From NCBI RefSeq assembly GCF_001194135.2, contig NC_068981.1, positions 110,670,535 to 110,734,534 of the forward strand: DNA of 64,000 nt. The letters are read 5' to 3'. Below the pieces are notes generated by a model that made no database searches, was not told the origin of the DNA, and was given only the letters and a program-made list of their open reading frames with translations. Position 1 is the stretch's first letter; each line of letters starts with the position of its first letter. The position numbers and the translations under genes are program-made. The DNA is from Octopus bimaculoides (lineage: Eukaryota). This document shows, in pieces, positions 1 to 12,417 of this stretch.

Positions 1-2698
1 GATAATAGAGCAATACCTCTGTAGTTACCACACATTGTTCTGGCTCATTTTCCTTTATATAGAGGAAGAATAATTGCATCCTTCCAGCCCTTAGGGATTG
101 CACCATCCCTCCAGACTGCACTAATAAGTTCATGAAGGGACTGTGTGATGTAATTACCACCAAATCGCAAGACCTCAGCACAAATTCCATCCTTTCCATG
201 TGCCCTACCAAGATACAATTTACTTATTGATGTCATTACTTCATCTATTGAGGGCGAAGAGTCTAAGGAGCCAAAGATAGGTCTTTGTTGCATAGTATCA
301 ATCACTGTTTCATCCACAATTGACTCATGGTTTAGGAGTTCAGAGAAGTGTTCGATCCAGCGACCTGTGATTTCTGTTGATTTAGTAAACAGGGTGGAAG
401 ACTCCTTGGAAAGCAAAGGAGCTGATGTGGAGCTCTTAGGTCCATAAGCTCGCTTCATAAGATGGTAAAGCTTCTTGCTGTCATTTGCATCAGCAGCAGC
501 CTGAACATCACGACCAAGATCCTCCCACCAAGTGTTCTGCGTCTTCCTGAGAGATCGCTGCAGTAGTGATTTTACACAGTTATAGTGGGCAAGTGCTAGA
601 CTTCGCTGCACAGTAGACAGTTCTCTGTGTAGCAATACACTGTGAGCATGGCGCTTTACCACCAATAATCGCTGAACTTCAGCATCATTCTCGTCAAACC
701 AGTCTCTGTGTCTGGCAGTAATATATCCCAGGGTTTCGGCTGCACATTGTAGAACGTGGTCTAGAAAATCCTCCCATGCTGCAGCAGTTTCAGTGCTGGA
801 CAAGCGAGTCTGAAGTTCCTTCCTAACCACAACATCATATACCTTGTGGACATTTAGACGGCGAGGAATGCGGACTGGTCCTCTTCTCTCTTTTACTCTA
901 ATTACCATTCGGAACTTTGCTCGCACCAGACTGTGGTCTGTCCAGCATTCTGATCCATGGAAGGACTTGACATTACAAATGTCATAAATGTCGCGCTTGC
1001 GGATGATGACATAATCCAGCAAGTGCCAAACTTTGGACCTTGGGTTCATCCAGGTTGTTGTGTGATCACCTTTGTGCATAAAATGAGTGCTTGCGATGTA
1101 AAGTCCATGTTCTTCGCAAAGCTCCAGTAGCATAAGACCATTGCTATTCATTTTCCATACTCCAAAACGTCCTAGAGAGTTCCATGTTTGCCAGTCTGTT
1201 CCAACTCTGGCATTAAAATCCCCCAGTAGAATGACTTTATCAGAATTGGGGATTTTTCTAAGTATGGCTCTCAGCTGGGTATAAAACATTGTTTTATCTT
1301 CATCACAGCTAGTCAAAGTAGGTGCATAGGCACTTATTAGAGTAGCAAACCGCTTACCTTTCAAGTGCAACCGTAGCGTCATTATACGTTCATTTATAGG
1401 AACAGGGAGCTCTTCCAACTTCTTAAGGATATCAGATCGGACTGCAAAACCAACNNNNNNNNNNNNNNNNNNNNNNNNNNNNNNNNNNNNNNNNNNNNNN
1501 NNNNNNNNNNNNNNNNNNNNNNNNNNNNNNNNNNNNNNNNNNNNNNNNNNNNNNNNNNNNNNNNNNNNNNNNNNNNNNNNNNNNNNNNNNNNNNNNNNNN
1601 NNNNNNNNNNNNNNNNNNNNNNNNNNNNNNNNNNNNNNNNNNNNNNNNNNNNNNNNNNNNNNNNNNNNNNNNNNNNNNNNNNNNNNNNNNNNNNNNNNNN
1701 NNNNNNNNNNNNNNNNNNNNNNNNNNNNNNNNNNNNNNNNNNNNNNNNNNNNNNNNNNNNNNNNNNNNNNNNNNNNNNNNNNNNNNNNNNNNNNNNNNNN
1801 NNNNNNNNNNNNNNNNNNNNNNNNNNNNNNNNNNNNNNNNNNNNNNNNNNNNNNNNNNNNNNNNNNNNNNNNNNNNNNNNNNNNNNNNNNNNNNNNNNNN
1901 NNNNNNNNNNNNNNNNNNNNNNNNNNNNNNNNNNNNNNNNNNNNNNNNNNNNNNATGGGCCGCCTGCGTGCAGGTCGCTGAGTACATGCTTCCAACCCGT
2001 CAGGTCTGCATACTTCACCACCTTCCCATCGCCGCAGGACTTCCGAATAAAAAAAAAAAATATATATATAAAATAAAAATATATACTAAAAATGAAGAAA
2101 ATATATACTAAAAATAAGATAAATATATATATAGGGAAAAAATGCACGTGTCGAGTAGGTGTCGGCAATGCCTGTGCTGAGTTTTAGGTCCACTGAGGCT
2201 TGCACAATACCTCATAGACCCTCTCCACTTTATTGACATTATCCAGAGACAAGCCGGAGCAAGATGTCTGGTGCCAATATAAGTCACAGGCTCAAGGATG
2301 TGGGAGCGCCGTAATCTCTAGCACAAACCAAAGATCTCCAAAATATTCAATGTCATTCCCTGCATATTTGGTTTTATATCAGAGTGATCTTCTCCTAGAG
2401 ACATGCTTCCACAAAAGCTGAGGGGCGCCTCACTCCCAGTGGTCTTTCAGCACGCCGGACACCATCCCGGAATTTCTGCGTACCCGTGCTATTGCTAGAT
2501 AGCCGTTGAGCCTGCACTAGGTCCATCCGAGCTTTCGACAGGTCTTGTTTTTAATCCTGCTGGGTTTCTAGCAACCCTCCTCACCAGGGTAGCCTGGTGG
2601 GGGTGCCAGTTTACTCGCCGGCAACCCGACCATTCAACAAGTTGTACTGGATTACATGTTACCAGTAGCACTTATGAGAACCTCATACGTGACCTGAC
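1..2698 (-). mobile_element. RTE-clade LINE (BovB-like), APE endonuclease plus start of RT, with 5' UTR; runs off window start
   Basis: ORF 45..1454 has APE motifs (ISAYAPT, LLGDFNARVG, LLDYVI, TDHSLV) and the pre-RT region (GKDGICAE, WKDAIILPLYKGK). After an in-frame TGA at 45-47 the frame continues ARTMCGNYRGIALL. GC-richer 5' UTR-like sequence at 1976-2698 ends at a (TA)n run. A gap covers 1455-1975. Confidence 0.9.
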
Positions 2699-3134
2699 AT
2701 ATATATATAGCTGGTGTGTTTAGTAGATAGTTACATCCGAGCCAAGACCAGTGGCATTACGAACCTATACCATTTAACTTCGGCTACGGAATGTGACAGC
2801 GAACAAATGATTGTAACACACCCAGTGCAAAACTTTACGCCACTCACGGCTGTTGTCATTGCTGGCAAAAATATCTCTCATGCACACACACGAACTGATT
2901 TTCTCGTTTTAAAATATCTTTTCTCTGTCGTTCGTCGCAACAACATTTTTGTTAATGATAAATAAAGATCTTGTATCCAGGGCTCCACACAGACTTTAGT
3001 TGTTCTGTCAACCAACCAAGGCACGCAGACACACAAACGCGGGCGCGCGAGCGCGCGGACGCATTCGTGCTGACGCATTTGCGCGCACGCATATATACAT
3101 ATCTCTCTATATATTTATACACACACATTCTTTT

Positions 3135-3800
3135 ATTCTTTTATTTCAGTCATTTGACTGTGGCCATTGCTGGAGCACCGCCTTTAGTCGAACAAATCGA
3201 CCCCATGACTTATTCTTTGTAAGCCTAGTACTTATTCTATTGGTCACTTTTGCCGAACTGTTAAGTTACGGGGACATAAACACACCAACATCATTTGTCA
3301 AGCGATGGTAGGGGACAAACTCACACATACATATGCATGTATATACGTATGTATATATGTATATATATATATATATATATATNNNNNNNNNNNNNNNNNN
3401 NNNNNNNNNNNNNNNNNNNNNNNNNNNNNNNNNNNNNNNNNNNNNNNNNNNNNNNNNNNNNNNNNNNNNNNNNNNNNNNNNNNNNNNNNNNNNNNNNNNN
3501 NNNNNNNNNNNNNNNNNNNNNNNNNNNNNNNNNNNNNNNNNNNNNNNNNNNNNNNNNNNNNNNNNNNNNNNNNNNNNNNNNNNNNNNNNNNNNNNNNNNN
3601 NNNNNNNNNATATATATATATATATATATATATATATACGACGGGTTTCTTTCAGTTTCCGTCTACTAAATCCACTCACAAGGCTTTGGTCGACCCGAGG
3701 CTATAGAAGACACTTGCCCAAGGTGCTACGCGGTGGGACTTAACCCGGAACCATGTGGTTGGTAAGCAAGCTACTTACCACACAGCCACTCCTGCGCCTA
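3135..3800 (-). mobile_element. tRNA-derived SINE family A with internal (CA)/(TA)n microsatellite
   Basis: Minus-strand head GGCGCAGGAGTGGCTGTGTGGTAAG..CCGGGTTAAGTCCC (box A/B-like). Body and 3' end (GGTGCTCCAGCAATGGCCACAGTCAAATGACTGAAA) are shared with copies at 27740, 34945 and 38745. Confidence 0.85.
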
Positions 3801-5391
3801 TGTATTTTGTTGACTCAATATCAAGAAAAAACACAGAGCCAAGACTAAAAGCATTGCATAACCAGATCATTATTACATCCACTCATTTCAACTCCGTGAA
3901 AAATGAATTTTTTCCAATATTCCTATAAATAATACATTTATTGAGAAATGAGATTCAGTGACATTTGTGTCCTTTTCGAGGTCATTAGTCACTATTCAGA
4001 TAAATAAAGCGCAGATTGAAATCGAATAAATTTTTTGCTGAAATCTGTCTTGCAATATGTTCATCATATAGTGAAATTAGTAATGAACCCCTTCGTGTCT
4101 ATAGCACCATTTTCATTACAAATACACTAGTGAAAAGAGAATGCATATGATATGGCACAATGAAATGTGGTATCGAAGAAATACAATGTAAATCATTAAA
4201 CACACACACAAAAGAAGAACAATGAACCATTAAACATTACATGACGCTAATATTATGTTGTCAAGATTCCAATAAATATAAAATGCATAAATTTTTTCCT
4301 GACAGAGAAGATGCTCGAGCAGATGAAATATATCAAATTTGTAAATAATACCGACTGTCTTATGCATGAACACAATAATATTCAGACGATCATATAGACT
4401 AAATCGCGTTTGATAGTTATTAGGTTCAGTTATAATTCCCTTCTTATTGACATTTGATTCTTTCTTTTATTTTATACGATTCAAATACACAACTCTCCTA
4501 TGCTTCTCTCAATAATATATTTTCTATTTACTACGTTATCTTCCTTCCTTTGCTTTTTACTCGTTCTGTTCCCCCTACTCTTTTCTAACATTTATATTTT
4601 AGTCATAACATTAATTACTTAATTGGCATTATATCTAATTAATAAACACATCATTCGTGTTTGGAACACTGATGTTCACTCTCTAGAATGTACATTACTT
4701 AGTTGGCTTAATGATGGGAATTACAACGGGAGATCTGATTCTCAAAATTGGACATTCTGTCATTGTTCAATATCACTGAAAACATGACGAGGCTTTAGCA
4801 GCTCAGGATGCATGCCAAGCTGGCTGTAGATTTCACTCTCCTGTTATTTCATCTATCCATCCCTCCTCTCTCTCTTCTTTTTCATTCAATTCCCAAATGA
4901 CTATAAAAATAATACATTGGCGACAATGAAAATGAAGCCGACTATGACAGCGTAAAATGATAGATGCTTGGCGTTTCGTTGATATCTATTTACGAACACC
5001 AAAACTAATAGTACAAAAAAATCATAAAACAGCGTAAAGAAATACAGGAATATATATATACATATATATATATATATANNNNNNNNNNNNNNNNNNNNNN
5101 NNNNNNNNNNNNNNNNNNNNNNNNNNNNNNNNNNNNNNNNNNNNNNNNNNNNNNNNNNNNNNNNNNNNNNNNNNNNNNNNNNNNNNNNNNNNNNNNNNNN
5201 NNNNNNNNNNNNNNNNNNNNNNNNNATATATATATGCATGTATATGTATGCGTTTATGAATGCATGTATACACACAAGTGTGCGTATAAAATAAATGTCT
5301 ACACACATATATATACATACGTATCATCAATTTATTCATTGCTTAGCATAGGAACATGGAAATTTTATATCTCCTTATTTTCGCTTGCAGC

Positions 5392-5432
<41 letters not shown>

Positions 5433-5442
5433 NNNNNNNNNN

Positions 5443-5474
<32 letters not shown>

Positions 5475-5940
5475 TACATACATACATACACGTACATGCA
5501 TGCATGCATACATACGTACATACATGCATTAAACACACACACAGAAAATTATTTTTTTATATGTAAAATTTAGCAAAAATGGAAAAGTCGTAGAGTTACT
5601 TTCAAAGTACACTGATAAGTATTCACGCCAGACTTAATACAGAAGATAAGAAACTTGGTTCAATCCTAGTTAGAAAAATATTCATAGAACTTAAGTTTGA
5701 AATCTATTGAACAGAATCAGAACTAGTCGACTGCTAAATTTATTACACACTTTATGAAAAGTTTATCATGGTGACAAAGCGAGTGAGTATATGTCTGTAT
5801 GTAATGTATGTATGTATGCAGGCATATACGTATGTATATATATGTGTGTGTAGACATTTATTTTATACGCACACTTGTGTGTATACATGCATTCATAAAC
5901 GCATACATATACATGCATATATACATATGTATACATGCAT

Positions 5941-5982
<42 letters not shown>

Positions 5983-6816
5983 TCATACATACATTTGTGC
6001 GTTCATGTTTATATATTTGAATGTGTACAGAACAGAGCGTACACGGGAGGGAGAGAAAGAGAACGACAGAATGATAGATTAGAGAGAGATTGTATATATA
6101 AGCATATGTATGAGGAGAAACCGAGAATGTGGATCGCACTTTGATCTACTCAAAGATGCTGAAACTACTGTTTCAACCATCAATAATTTGTGTCTCTGGT
6201 CCGTTCGTTGAAATAAAGAGAATCGAATTTCTATTTATGAAAACAATAAGATTTTTTAAAGGTGTATTACATTTGCTGAGTCAGTATCAAAATGCTTTCC
6301 TTTTAAAACACGGGAAAGATTTTGGCAGAATACTTTTGAGACAACCGGCGGCATGCAATTACTGAGTATATGATGAATTAACTTCTCTGGAGATAAGTCA
6401 TGATTTCGTAACTAGCACCGTTTTATTTTCTGGGACATTAAACTTCTGTTTTGTGATACTTAGCTGGAAATAGAGCGTAGGGAAACGATGAATCACTGAT
6501 GAAGCTCTGAACGGAATGGAAACAGTACATTTAGGGTATTCTGATGTTATCAGAAGATCGGATGCTTTGTTGCGTTTGCTCTCTCTTTTTATATTCCTAA
6601 TTACCATCAGGAGCTAGATATTTGCTTTAAAATATATTCAGAGGGAAGATTTCTAGCAAAATAAAAATGCTGGAGTTAGCATACTGATGTCTACTAAGTT
6701 ACTGACGACAGCATATAAAGCTATATCATGAAAGTTTAACAAGTAATTAGTGTTCATATATTAAATACCTGAAATTAATATTGTTGATTTCAGAAAGAGA
6801 ATAAATATAGATTATT

Positions 6817-6958
6817 CTTTTCTACTCTAGGCATAAAGCTCGACATTTTTGAGGAGGGGGCCAGTCGATTAGATCGATTCCAGTACGCAACTGGTACTTA
6901 ATTTATCGACCCCGGAAGGATGAAAGGCAAAGTCGACCTCGGCGGAATCTGAACTCAG
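6817..6958 (-). mobile_element. SINE family B (Deu/Nin-like core), 5'-truncated
   Basis: The minus strand reads GTCGACTTTGCCTTTCATCCTTCCGGGGTCGATAAATTAAGTACCAG, matching copies at 9763, 30349 and 63482. Confidence 0.8.
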
Positions 6959-7087
6959 ACAGAAGTGGTTAAATAAGACTTATGATAAGTATAAACTATC
7001 TTCTATCTCTTTCAAACATCCCAAAATTACAAATTATACTTCAACACACCAGACTCCACCAAAATTTATACCAATTACAATCACATA

Positions 7088-8509
7088 TGAGGGTGGGTTG
7101 AAAAGTTCATAGGCTAGCTAAGAAGGAGTGATACTACTGCTGTGAAATTTTGCATGCACAAATTTCAACTCTACATATTAACTTAATTGTTTCTTTCCAG
7201 ATAAACTGACATCTCACTGTTCAAAGTGGACTTCAAAAGTAACTAGTAGCGATTTCTCTTGAAAATGGATAAAATTTGGCATTGTGGTGTTATCATGTGC
7301 CTGCAGAAAGAGATGTTTAACCCCAAAGAACATTCATGCTGACATCGTTACTACATTAAGGGATGACGCTTCAGCTTTATCAACTGTACAAAAGTGTTCA
7401 GCTGAATTTAGTAGGGGGAAGGGAGATTTTTGAAGGTGACCCAAGGTCTGGATGTCCTGAAACTGCCATCACCGAGGAAAACCTTGATCGTGTTCACCAC
7501 ATGCGGATGGATAACACGCAGCTGACTATAAATCAAATAACCAATGCTACTAGTATATCCTGTGAGAGAGTTGAAAATATTCAGCACAATGAACTTGGAT
7601 GACGAAGGTTTCTGCTCGGTGGCTGCCGCGTCTTCTGACACCTGATCAAAAGCGCACCAGGTTGATCACATCACGGAAAAATCTGATATTGTTTGAGGCG
7701 GGTCCAGCTGGTTTCTTAGATTTCCTAAGCCAGGATAAGTGTTGGGTTCATCACCTTCAGCTAGAAACAAAGAGACAATCCATGCAGTAGAAACACCCCA
7801 CGTCACCTACTCCAATGAAAGCCAAGGTCGTTTCATCTACATGGAAGACCTGAGTTTTGGGGGCTGTAAAAGGTATTGTGTTTCTTGATTATGTTCAAAA
7901 GGGCCATACGATGGCAACCTGTTGAAGCAATTATGAAAGGTTATCAAGACCAAATGCTTAGAAATGCTGACGAAAGGGGTGCTACGGCTACGACCCGGAA
8001 ACGAAGCAGCAACAAAGTCAATGGAAGCATTCGATGTCACCACGCTCCCCGCCCCCAAATGCGTCAAGTGAAGTTCATTGTCAAGACGATGCTGATTTGT
8101 TTCATCGATGCGAAAGGAATTGTCCACATAGAATTTGTTCCTCCTGGTCAAACTGTTAACTGGACATTTTACTTGAGAGTTCTGAAACATTTGCGAGATG
8201 CGGTGAGATAAAAACGCTCTTACCTGTGATGGCACAACCCCGCTTACCAACCCTCCCTATTCACCCGTCTTTTATTTGGTTTCCCGAATGAAAAAAGTCC
8301 TTAAAAGATAATGTTTTGTAGATGTGGAAGAGGTGAAAAACAAAGCGACCGAGGCGCTAAAAGAGTTCCAGGACTGCTTTGAACTGTGGAAAACGCGTCT
8401 GGACCAATGCATTGCTTCAAATGAAGAATATTTTGAAGACAGTAAACATGTAAAAGTAACTGAGTAAGATAATATTGCAAAATTTCGGTTTCTTTTGGAT
8501 ACCCCCTCG
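7088..8509 (+). mobile_element. Decayed mariner (Tc1/mariner), apparently chimeric from two subfamilies
   Basis: TA-flanked ends TGAGGGTGGGTTGAAAAG and CTTTTGGATACCCCCTCG. Transposase remnants include DPRSGCP, WLPRLLTPDQK, YGYDPETKQQ and MLICFIDAKGIVHIEFVPPGQTVN, with many stops and frameshifts. Confidence 0.85.
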
Positions 8510-8924
8510 TACTTCCTTATTTGTCCTATTTCCTAAGCGCCATGCTAATACAAACGCAGTGTTTGTTTTTTGATCTCGTCTTTGTGTTGTATTTTTGCAC
8601 CATATATGTGTGCGTGTGAAATATGTCCAGACTAGAGCTGGGAACATCATAGTTCAAATGTACACTTGTTGGGTGGACTGGATATGTTTATTGGTAGTAA
8701 AAATCACTACGGAGAGCTCGTTCGTATCAACTGCACCAGTGGTAATAATCTCAGATCAACGGAACGTATTGTATGCTTATACAAACATTGGGTGGCTGAA
8801 TGCGTCCGGCTCGGGATATTATAGTTACTGTGCCCGCAAATATGTATATACATATGTATGTATTTATGTAATTATGCATGTATGTATGTATGTATGTATG
8901 TATGTAACATGTATGTACGTATAT

Positions 8925-11900
8925 TGTTTTCTTTCTTAATTATTTGAATTCTTCCTCTGAGGAAGGGGTTAGTTTCTACCATAGATATAAAGCTCCATCG
9001 TTGGAATATAGATAACCAAAACAAAGTCACATTTTAAACTTGAGAATATCTTTATGATCCACTTACAGATTGTATTTGTAATGTGTGAGTTATTTGTTTG
9101 ATTTCTTTTTCTAGCTTATTCAGATTATCACCTAGGCATTTACTCACAAAACCAAGTGCACCAATTATTAATGGTATAAATGTGAATATATAATCCAGAT
9201 AGAAGCTGGAGGTTTCGGAGAAGTTGTCCATAGTTATCTTCTTTCTCTTTGATACTCAGAGAGACACTCACATCCACAGGATAGCTGACCTCCATGACGG
9301 TACATAATTTTTCTTGCCCGTCCAAACAACAATTTTCGGTCTGTTATATTTACACTTGACATGTTTTGATGGGAATGTTCCACCAGTATTCCTTGTGTTG
9401 ATGTTTGTACATGCATTCAAAAACTGAGAATTTTTATCTTTATTTCAGGATAGTCTTTTTCTTTCACTAATGGCATTGTATATTGTTTTGGGGATAACGT
9501 CGTATCCGTAGGAAGGTAATACCTTGATGCCATATTTGAACAGCTGCTAATTATATGTGTGATGTCTTCTACAGAAATATGACATAATCAATATTTTTGC
9601 TTGCATCTTGGAGTTGCAAGAGCTTCACTATCTCTTTTGTTTATTAGATATTTCGTAGAAATCTGCTGTTCCTAAATTGTAAATGCATGGCCTTCGAAGT
9701 TGATGTAATGTAGCGGTCGTGAATCGAAGAGAGGTTATCGACATATTACTGTTTTTTTTCAAGGCGGCGAGCTGGCAGGATCGTTAGCACACCGGACAAA
9801 ATGCTTAGAGACATTCCCTCCGTCTTTACGTTCGAAGTTCAAATGCCACCGAGGTTGACTTTGCCTTTCGTCCTTTCGCGGTCGATGAAATAAGTACCAG
9901 CTGAGCACAGGGGTCGAAATAATCGATTAGCCCCGTCTCTCCAAATTTGTGTCTTTCAAACATTCATAGCGTAATGAGAAATGATAATATACGAAGTTAT
10001 ATTCTAGGTAGCGTTCTTTTCTTCGCTGTTATGGCTACAGTGATTCAGCTGTTGTAATTTTAAGTCTACTTTCAATGATTCACGTTGTCGGTAACGTTCA
10101 CAAACTTTTTAACACAACCCCTATTGTAATCACTCAATGGCGACAGGGAAAGTTGTTCTCTTTCTGCTGTTAATGCAAGAGGTTTCTTTTCCCATATGTC
10201 TGATTATTCGTCTTACTTCAACCAGAATATACAGATTCACTGATAAAGGGATTAGGCGATCAAATGACATCACAAGTACGAGGATAACTAATGCGGGAAA
10301 TATCGCTGGTATTGAGAGTGATATGAGAACACTCTAAACTCGGACAAGAAATGAAAGATTCGGGGCGAAATTTCGAGAAAGTTACCCAACAAACAAACAA
10401 CTAAAGGTGGGAAAAAGTTCTTTGATTATAACAGTTTTAAATATATCAATATATAATAATGTTAATTCCTCTTCAATTCAAATAAAAAATTTGTGAGAAA
10501 CGTGTATGCATGTTCCATTGGAAACTTGTTATCACTGGGGTTATGTGAAAATATTTAATATATAAATACGATAGATGAGATTAATAACGAAGTCTAAATT
10601 AATGGGAATTAATATTGATGTTTAAATAATAAGTGAGGATATTACTGTCTTCTTCAAGTCTTCGGGAAACACCCATGCATAGTTTTTTTTGTTTTCTTTT
10701 GCTTTGATGAGCGTTTTACATCGAGGTCTTCTTTGAAGTATGTTAGTGAGGCTGTTTGCGGGTTGTATGGGAGGTCATCAGGAAGAGGATGCTTTTCGAA
10801 GAATTCATTGCCGACATTCTTCACTTTCCAGCACTAAGTTTATGTATTTGTTTTTGCTGCTGTTGTTTCGTAGGTGCTGTCTCAGAAAGACTATACAATG
10901 TTCAAAGGTTGTCTGCATTGAGCGCAAGACTCTACCTCCTTCATCTTTTCTTTAGTAGATCCTGTCGATATCACTATTTTTGTGAAAGTTTCTATTTGAT
11001 GTCAGGATCTTGCGGGTTTTAACCCTATGTAGTCGATTTTTCTCTTCAGATCAATTAAGTATCCCAAATGTTGGAGTCAGCACTAGTACTGTAAATCCAT
11101 TGTAAGATATTGTCCTGTTATACGAGGAGATTTCCGACTGCCATAGTTTTCTGAGTCTGGTATAATATTTTCAGATCACGCTATCTTTATTCAGAACCTT
11201 CGTATGTTTTCATCAATGCCGAGGTAGTTACAACATTCTTTGTGTGGAACAGGAGAGATGGTGAGACCATTGATGCACAGGCTTTGGGTCTAGGGGACGG
11301 ATGTTCCCCGTTCAACGATTAAATATTAACATTTCTTTTGTTCAAATTCCATTCCTATGTCAGCAGAAAGTGATATCAACTCCAGCTGTTTTTTGGCATT
11401 GTTAGCATTTTAGCATAAATTTTCAGGCCATCTACGAAGAAATTATAGGTTACATTAATGTCTCTAGCATTTTCAGACCCTAACATATAGCCATTTGATT
11501 TTTATATCAGGAATGATAATGGATTTAATGTCCAAATGAACAGAATTACAGAAAGACTATCTCCGGATATTCCCATAGAAATAATCACAACATTGGAGGC
11601 GATATTTCTGCTCTCAGTTGTGTGAGAATTGTTGCCCAGGTTTTTATGAGCCTTTGGGTGGCAACAGCAAAGATATAAGGCATTCTTATCAAATGTAGAC
11701 ATTTTAGCAGCCAAGCGTGGGGAATAGAGTCGAATGCTTTCCTATAATCAAATCATACTGTTGCAAGGGCTTCTATGCTATTTTCTTACTTTAGACAGTA
11801 CAGCCTTGTCTATCAAAAGTTGTTTGGTACATCCCCACACTCCTTTCTTTTCATCGGCTTTTTCCTCAGTCACTATGGTGTTAGATTCACAATGATCATG

Positions 11901-12323
11901 GAAGAATTGCCTGAAGCAGCTTATGCATAGTTTGTACATAATGTTTAGGCAAGCAACGAGCCTATAGTTTCCAGTCAATTCTGTAGTTTCATTCTAAGCT
12001 ACAAGATTTGTCTGTGAAATAGCAAGCCAATTTGGTATGTCAATCTGACCCCTCATAGTCCTCTTGAATATGCATTTAATAATTTTCTATAAAATATCAG
12101 CAATTTGCACCAATAAAGTCTTTTTCGGGTGTCTTCCCATTATGCATTTTGTTTAGAAGCTTTGATGAAAGTTTCTGGGTCAATTGCATGTTTTCCTGTC
12201 GTTGGCACAGTATTCTGTCCTATCTGTATTTAGCCACAAATTATTCATAATAAAACCCCTCTTTAGATTTTGATTCTAGATCAGAATGATTCAAAAACTT
12301 GAACGAGGGCTTGATTAATTATA
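8925..12323 (-). mobile_element. R4/Dong-like RLE non-LTR retrotransposon, 5'-truncated, decayed, interrupted at 9764-10638
   Basis: Minus-strand remnants in the expected order: NYRLVACLNIMYKL, KGVWGCTKQLLIDK, GDSLSVILFIWTLNPLSFL, FFVDGLKIYA (degenerate YADD), YLGIDEN, NSDIDRIY..EGGR, EDITHIISSC..SRYYLP (zinc knuckle), EYWWNIPIKT, and EKLCTVMEVSYPVDV..KEKEDNYGQLLRNLQLL..IIGALGFV (RLE domain). Confidence 0.8.
9763..9955 (+). mobile_element. SINE family B (Deu/Nin-like core)
   Basis: Head GGCGGCGAGCTGGCAGGATCGTTAG..GAAGTTCAAATGCC, followed by GCCTTTCGTCCTTTCGCGGTCGATGAAATAAGTACC. Confidence 0.85.
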
Positions 12324-12417
12324 ATGTATGTATGTATGTACGTATGTATGTATGTATGTATGTATGTATGTATGTATGTATGTATGTATGTATGTATGTA
12401 TGTATGTATGTATGTAT
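12324..12417. repeat. (TATG)n microsatellite
   Basis: Direct reading. Related arrays occur at about 8878-8920, 22776-22810 and 27910-27962. Confidence 0.95.

Noticed and set aside
3020-3092. CpG-dense stretch as a CpG island or promoter
   Set aside because: It is short and looks like a (CG)-drifted CA microsatellite. A similar stretch occurs near 27394.
4296-4345. Possible micro-exon after TTTTTCCTGACAG
   Set aside because: It is too short and the donor is weak, so it cannot be supported without RNA data.
6491-6531. Possible hammerhead CTGATGA..GAAACAGTA
   Set aside because: Core words are present, but stems I and II do not pair convincingly. At best it is a very decayed pLTR.
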